DNA of 54,565 nucleotides, from assembly GCA_031285625.1 (NCBI GenBank), contig JAITVV010000075.1:1-54565 (forward strand). The letters are read 5' to 3'. Position numbers and translations under genes: made by a program. The notes beneath the pieces are model-generated. The model searched no databases, had not been told where the DNA came from, and was given only the letters and a program-made list of their open reading frames with translations. The stretch is from Prevotella sp. GTDB taxonomy: Bacteria > Bacteroidota > Bacteroidia > Bacteroidales > Dysgonomonadaceae. Below, piece after piece: positions 49,585 through 54,565 of this stretch. How positions within the stretch are numbered: the stretch's first letter is position 1; every line of letters starts with the position of its first letter.

Positions 49585-50823
49585 ATGATTATCAACTTTA
49601 GTGTACAGAATTTTGGTTCAATTAAAGATAAACAGACTTTATCTTTTGAGGCTGACAGGTCAGAGCATTTAGAGGATTATTATATAATTCCGATTAATGG
49701 CTTGAGATTATTGAAATTGGGATTAATATATGGAGCTAATGCTTCGGGGAAAACTACAATATTGAAAGCTCTCGACTTTTTGAGTAATATCGTGCTAAAC
49801 CCTAAAGAGAAGAAAACTGATATTTTTGACTTTAATCCATTCTTATTTGATTCTGAAACGCCTAAGCAAAACACGATTTTATCTATTGAGTTCATACAGA
49901 ATTCAGTACGATATTATTATGAGATTGAGTTGAATAAAAAAGCTATTGTAAATGAGACACTTGATTTCTATAATTCACATAAAGCCAATGTTTTTAAAAG
50001 AACAACCAATTTAGAAACTCAATTTTCTGAAATAGCCTTTGGTAGCAAGATTAAAACAGATAAGGTTTTTGAGAAAACTTTAGAATCAAATACTTTATGG
50101 AATAATACTGTATTAGGAGGATTCCTTAAAACCAATATTGAGTTGAAAGAGTTAAAGGATGCAACGGATTGGTTCGCTAATCATTTAAACTCATTAATCC
50201 ATCCTAAAACACAGCTGGATACATTTGTTATAACTCAACTCAATAACTCGACTATTAAAAAAGATGATGTTATTCAAATCTTGCAAAAAGCGGATTTAAA
50301 CATATCCGATATACATATAAAAGAGGGTAATAAAAGGATTCTACTTGATTCTATGAAATCATTTCAAACTTATAACTTAGAGTTTGAGCATACATTAAAT
50401 AATGAAAAATATAATTTGCCTTTTGAATTTGAATCACAGGGAACTCAACGATATTATGGGTTTGCGGGGATATTGAGTCAAGCAATTAGAGAATCTTTTG
50501 TTTTTCTCATAGATGAACTTGAATCTTCTTTACATCCCGATTTATTTACTCATTTTCTATTATCATTCTTGGTAAATTCAAAAAACTCCCAAATTATTGC
50601 GACGACACATAATCGGGAAATATTGAATAATAAAGATATCTTCCGAAATGATGCTGTTTGGATTACTGATAAATCCGAAAATTGCGCTACTGAACTTTAT
50701 TCTCTATCTGACTTTGATACTTCGGTAATCAGAGATACTAGTAATATTTACAATGCGTACAAGATAGGTAAACTTGGCGGTATTCCTAATTTGGGAGACT
50801 ATTATATTGATATTGAAGAATGA
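49585..50823 (+). CDS. AAA_21 / RloA (AbiLi-like) ABC-type ATPase
   Basis: NFGSIKD, YGANASGKTT, ESQGTQR, IDELESSLHP, TTHN and GKLGGIP motifs. Confidence 0.92.
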   Translation: MIINFSVQNFGSIKDKQTLSFEADRSEHLEDYYIIPINGLRLLKLGLIYGANASGKTTILKALDFLSNIVLNPKEKKTDIFDFNPFLFDSETPKQNTILSIEFIQNSVRYYYEIELNKKAIVNETLDFYNSHKANVFKRTTNLETQFSEIAFGSKIKTDKVFEKTLESNTLWNNTVLGGFLKTNIELKELKDATDWFANHLNSLIHPKTQLDTFVITQLNNSTIKKDDVIQILQKADLNISDIHIKEGNKRILLDSMKSFQTYNLEFEHTLNNEKYNLPFEFESQGTQRYYGFAGILSQAIRESFVFLIDELESSLHPDLFTHFLLSFLVNSKNSQIIATTHNREILNNKDIFRNDAVWITDKSENCATELYSLSDFDTSVIRDTSNIYNAYKIGKLGGIPNLGDYYIDIEE

Positions 50824-51467
50824 GACAGAATAGAAGAATCCCCATACAAGTAAAACCTAAATACGCAGTTGTTGTAGACGGTGAGACAGAATTTTGGTAT
50901 ATACAAATGCTGAAACGGAACGAAAGGCTTATCAGTGTTGATTTAAAACCCGAAATTCCTCAAAGAAAAAAAATATCAGAGCAATATTCAAAAGTCGTTG
51001 ACCTATCAAAAGACTATGATAAAGTCTATTGGATTATTGATTTTGATGTTATTAATAAAGAAACCCGTGAGGCAAAGAGAGGAACAAAAACCGCATTACA
51101 AGAGCTAAAAGAGTACTGGGATAATATTGAGAAAAACCATAAAAATATTGTTGTTGTCATTGTAAATAATCCTTGTTTTGAATATTGGTTATTATTACAT
51201 TTTGAAGCAACATCTAAGTTTTATAACTCTCATGATGAATTAATTAAACAATTAAAGAAACATCTTTCGGATTATGAGAAGTCGCAAACTTATTATACAA
51301 AACAAAATAGAGATATTTATTTGCGTCTTACCTCAAAATTAGCTGATGCAATTTCTAATGCAAAAAGATTAACCGAATTCGATTTTGAGAATCCCAGTCG
51401 AGGTTTAAGCCAAATGCACTTGCTTTTTGAAGATATAGGAATAAGTCCAACAAAAGACGGAAAATAA
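50820..51467 (+). CDS. RloB (AbiLii-like) TOPRIM-fold protein
   Basis: VVDGETE..Y, IIDFD, NNPCFEYWLLLHF and ENPS motifs; ATGA overlap with the ATPase. Confidence 0.92.
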   Translation: MRQNRRIPIQVKPKYAVVVDGETEFWYIQMLKRNERLISVDLKPEIPQRKKISEQYSKVVDLSKDYDKVYWIIDFDVINKETREAKRGTKTALQELKEYWDNIEKNHKNIVVVIVNNPCFEYWLLLHFEATSKFYNSHDELIKQLKKHLSDYEKSQTYYTKQNRDIYLRLTSKLADAISNAKRLTEFDFENPSRGLSQMHLLFEDIGISPTKDGK

Positions 51468-52091
51468 ATGCACTCACTCTATTTCTTACGCCATGCCGAA
51501 ACAGACTATAACGCCAATAATCAATTTATTGGTGGTCGTTCCAATCATTTAGAATTATCAATCAAAGGAAAAATACAAGCCAAAGAAATAGGCATATTAT
51601 TGAATCAATCCGATACTCAATTTGATAAAGTATTCTGTTCCATTGCTAACCGCACACGGCAGACACTTGATATTATTTTATCTCAAACCAATATAACAAA
51701 TAATTCTATTACCTATTCAGAAGAAATACAGGAACTCTCTCAAGGAGATTGGGAGGGCAGACTTCGTTCTGAAATCTATACTCCCGAACGATTAGCCGAA
51801 ATAAATTCTAATCAATGGATTTTCAAAGCCCCGAATGGTGAATCTCAAAGAGAGGTAGAAGAGCGGATGATGTCTTTTATAGAGAATAATATAGTCAGTC
51901 AATATTCAGAAGGTAATTTTCTGATTGTCGGGCATGGAATGGCATTCAAATGCTTATTGAGAGGCATTCTCGGTATATCCTCTCAAATGGCATATAAACT
52001 TCTGATTGACAATGTTTCTTTGACAAAATTACGCTACGATTCAAATAATGGTTGGTATCTTGATTATCTGAACAAGACTACTTCTATTTGA
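51468..52091 (+). CDS. Histidine phosphatase (PGM-like) family protein
   Basis: LRHAET, RTRQT, E..QGDWEG, NGES and VGHG; ATG immediately follows the RloB stop. Confidence 0.92.
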   Translation: MHSLYFLRHAETDYNANNQFIGGRSNHLELSIKGKIQAKEIGILLNQSDTQFDKVFCSIANRTRQTLDIILSQTNITNNSITYSEEIQELSQGDWEGRLRSEIYTPERLAEINSNQWIFKAPNGESQREVEERMMSFIENNIVSQYSEGNFLIVGHGMAFKCLLRGILGISSQMAYKLLIDNVSLTKLRYDSNNGWYLDYLNKTTSI

Positions 52092-52242
52092 AAGAGTGTG
52101 TTTTCAAAGCATCCATAGATTCATGATAAACTAATTTGAAAGTTGTTTGATTTTTCCATGTTACAAAAATCTCTTGAGTTTTAGATAAACTGATATATTT
52201 TTTCAAATTATTGCGAAGTTCGGTTGCAGTTATTGTTATCAT
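52084..52242 (-). CDS. Phd/YefM-like antitoxin, 52 aa (not in the ORF track)
   Basis: Hand translation MITITATELRNNLKKYISLSKTQEIFVTWKNQTTFKLVYHESMDALKTHSFK. Confidence 0.7.
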   Translation of the reverse strand: MITITATELRNNLKKYISLSKTQEIFVTWKNQTTFKLVYHESMDALKTHSFK

Positions 52243-52292
52243 ATTGAGGAATTAATAGTTAAATGATTAAGTAGTTTAATAATAAAATAGTT

Positions 52293-52832
52293 TTATTGCT
52301 TTATCATTTTATTACATTTCTTACCATCGGCAGATAGTATAAATATAGCATTTATTTCTTGACGGGTCTGCAAACGAGGATTCAGAAATGAAAAACGACT
52401 TCCAGCTTTCTTAGCTAAAATATCGGATGGATTATGAGAATTATAACGATACAGATAATCGGGCTTCCATTCTTGAGCAACTTTAAAATCATTCTCGGCT
52501 TTTGCTAATTTCTCGGAATAATCAGAAATAAGTGCTTTTGCAACAACATGATTCTTCTTTCCCTTTTGTTTTTCTATGGCATTTTTCCAATGGGTAATAC
52601 TTTTTTCTGCTGATTCTATCTACTTCTCTGACTCATATTGAGTTTGTAAAATACTGATGCTATCGGAAACAGTTATATCAGAAGTATCAAAACTTAGAAA
52701 TTCTATTTTTAAATCCGTTCTGACACTGTTTTGAGTTTGTAGGTAATCTATGATAGCTTTTTTAGAATCGGATTGAGCGGAACAGGAAGAAATAACCAAA
52801 GGGAAGAAAAATATTATAAATAGCTTTCTCAT
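52293..52832 (-). pseudogene. Lipoprotein gene interrupted by one in-frame TAG
   Basis: Lipobox ISSC; TAG at codon 71 (52620-52622); the same frame continues 108 codons (IESAEKSITHW...NKMIKQ) to TAA at 52293. Confidence 0.75.
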
Positions 52833-53062
52833 GATTTACAGGATTTAGTGAGGAAAAGATTAAAGGCTTCATTTGTTGCTTGTGGTTCTGTTTTGCCGTT
52901 CTCTATGGCTTTATCATAGATAGCGCATGCAGACCAAAGCAATTTCCAGACAAGAGGTAATGCTTCTATATCGTCAATGTTCTTATGTCGTTCCTTTACA
53001 ACACAAAAAGCACAGGGCATAAATAGCTCTTCGATAAGTTTGATTGATTCTGTTTTAATCAT
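52829..53062 (-). CDS. Hypothetical protein
   Basis: 77-aa ORF with ATGA overlap to the lipoprotein gene. Confidence 0.6.
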   Translation of the reverse strand: MIKTESIKLIEELFMPCAFCVVKERHKNIDDIEALPLVWKLLWSACAIYDKAIENGKTEPQATNEAFNLFLTKSCKS

Positions 53063-53266
53063 AAGCTGTTTATTTTGTAGTTAATACTTACTGATTGTTT
53101 ATTCACTATTTCACAATAGCTATTCACTTAACCACAAAAAGAAGACTCTAAGTTTGCAGAAGCAAGATAAGAGATCGGAAATTTATCTTAAAAATGCCAA
53201 GCGAGGCGAATAAATACCTCTGTATCTTATCACAATAGAATATCGGTCTTATTACCTTTGTCGTAT

Positions 53267-53420
53267 AAAGGGAAAGACAGATAGGTGGAGAGAGGAAACC
53301 TGTAAGAAGCAAGCACTTGAGGCTACCCCACGTAACGGCCTCTCTCCACCAAGCTGCAAAACTCCGATAGAATATTAAGGCCGCGAGCCTATTTAGAGTT
53401 TAGAGTCAAAAACAGCGTTT
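53267..53420 (+). ncRNA. Putative IS110 bridge/guide RNA
   Basis: -7 box TACCTTTG at 53253-53260; 12-bp stem GGTGGAGAGAGG/CCTCTCTCCACC enclosing a large loop; second stem AAAACTC/GAGTTTT with inner AGGC/GCCT; loops match the right junction. Confidence 0.65.
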
Positions 53421-53449
53421 ATCCGTCTTAAAACAAACACAACAAAGTT

Positions 53450-54526
53450 ATGAAAAAGTTATTCATTGGCATCGATTTTTCAAAGGAGAAGCTCGATGTG
53501 ACGATTATCCTTGCATGCGGAATGAAGGAGATTGGTTCCAGGGAATATGGAAGTTTTCCTAATGACACCAAAGGCTATCGCAAGCTCATGGGGTGGGTTA
53601 AGACCAACGCATGGGATACAAACCCTGAAGAATGGCTGTTCTGCGGAGAAGACACCGGTTCATGCAGTATCGGCCTAAGCAAATGGCTTTATGGCAGAGG
53701 CTGCGACACCTGGATTGAGAACGCCTATGCCATTAAACACAGTAGTGGAATCCAACGTGTCAAGAACGACAAGGCAGACTCAGCTGCTATTGCTGAATAT
53801 GCCTGGCGGTATCAGGACAAGGCTATAACCTTTGAACCATTAAGCGATTCCTTGTTTCAACTACGAGAGGTTTTCCTGTATCGTCATAAACTGGTTCAGC
53901 AGAGAGTAGCCATGGAGGTACGAAAGATGGACAAATCCAACACCGGAAAGTGCAAAGCCCTATCGTTTATAAATCGTAAGAGCAAGCATCTTATCACAGA
54001 GATAAACAAATCCATCAAGGAATGTGACAAGATGATTGATGCGATAATAGATGCAGACGAAGAACTAAAGGAGAATTATGCCATTATAACCTCAATCAAA
54101 GGCGTAGCACGGCAGAATGCAACTTGTATGATAATATACACCAATAACTTTAAGAAATTTAACGGTAATCCTCGAAAAATTGCCTGTTATTATGGTGTCG
54201 CTCCCTTTGGTAAACAATCCGGTACAAGCATTAACACACCGGCTCGTACAAGCCACTTTGCAAACAAACTTATCAAGTCTTTATTGGGGCAGGCTGCCCA
54301 TATCGCAAAGATATTTAATCCTGAAATTAAGGAATACTATCAACGGCTGATAAGTAAGGGAAAGAAACCGCAAGTAGCTCTAAACAATGTCAAGAATAAG
54401 CTAATCCGAATAATTGTGGCTCTGGTTAGGAAAAAAGTACCGTATGATCCATACACGTACAAGTTTTATGCATCCCGCATACAAGAGAGGACAACTGAGA
54501 ATAATAAACAGTTAATTTATTGTTAA
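53450..54526 (+). CDS. IS110 family DEDD recombinase/transposase
   Basis: GIDFSK (D), GEDTG (E), KNDKADS (DD), SIKGV, YYGVAP and QSGTS (catalytic Ser). Confidence 0.96.
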   Translation: MKKLFIGIDFSKEKLDVTIILACGMKEIGSREYGSFPNDTKGYRKLMGWVKTNAWDTNPEEWLFCGEDTGSCSIGLSKWLYGRGCDTWIENAYAIKHSSGIQRVKNDKADSAAIAEYAWRYQDKAITFEPLSDSLFQLREVFLYRHKLVQQRVAMEVRKMDKSNTGKCKALSFINRKSKHLITEINKSIKECDKMIDAIIDADEELKENYAIITSIKGVARQNATCMIIYTNNFKKFNGNPRKIACYYGVAPFGKQSGTSINTPARTSHFANKLIKSLLGQAAHIAKIFNPEIKEYYQRLISKGKKPQVALNNVKNKLIRIIVALVRKKVPYDPYTYKFYASRIQERTTENNKQLIYC

Positions 54527-54565
54527 ATCAAATAAAACATTAGGATATTAGCATAGAATACGTGG

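Larger units (their letters stand above)
53235..54560 (+). mobile_element. IS110-family insertion sequence (boundaries approximate)
   Basis: IS110 recombinase with a long 5' non-coding end and no terminal inverted repeats; ATAGAATA at 53235-53242 and 54553-54560. Confidence 0.8.
44959..54565. mobile_element. Integrative mobilizable element inserted at tRNA-Pro; right end outside the window
   Basis: Excisionase-like, helicase, mob/relaxase and cargo genes directly after a tRNA; visibly more AT-rich; no integrase or attR seen in the window. Confidence 0.85.

Noticed and set aside
52620-52622. Alternative genetic code (TAG reassignment) in the island
   Set aside because: Other island genes (excisionase, helicase, relaxase) end in TAG at sensible positions

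Overview
AT-rich chromosomal window from a Bacteroidales bacterium (inferred from ribosomal protein style, many TAnnTTTG -7 promoter boxes and gene content; Dysgonomonas-like is a guess). Bases 1-44.9 kb are mostly housekeeping: end of the alpha operon (rpsM-rpsK-rpsD-rpoA-rplQ), pbpC, glycerate kinase, xseA/xseB/ispD, tatA, ppk1-ppx, a TonB-dependent receptor, kup, rpmH, folA, a CCA-adding enzyme, an ABC exporter pair, ppdK and a purine permease with a Tsx-like channel. From tRNA-Pro(TGG) at 44884 to the end lies an integrative mobilizable island: excisionase, helicase, a TGTTGA repeat array, mob genes, RloA-RloB plus a histidine phosphatase, an orphan antitoxin, a stop-interrupted lipoprotein and an IS110 element. 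The main observations are (1) a base-precise 247-bp intragenic inversion (37239-37485) that flips the ATPase motifs of an ABC exporter, with only a 2-bp CT/AG crossover; (2) a coupled RloA-RloB-histidine phosphatase cassette preceded by a 21-bp direct repeat, a candidate anti-phage system; (3) an IS110 5' non-coding RNA whose loops match the right junction of the element, as expected for a bridge RNA; and (4) an orphan cI/cro/lipoprotein module whose repressor appears to lack a self-cleavage site. All calls were made by eye and no searches were run.
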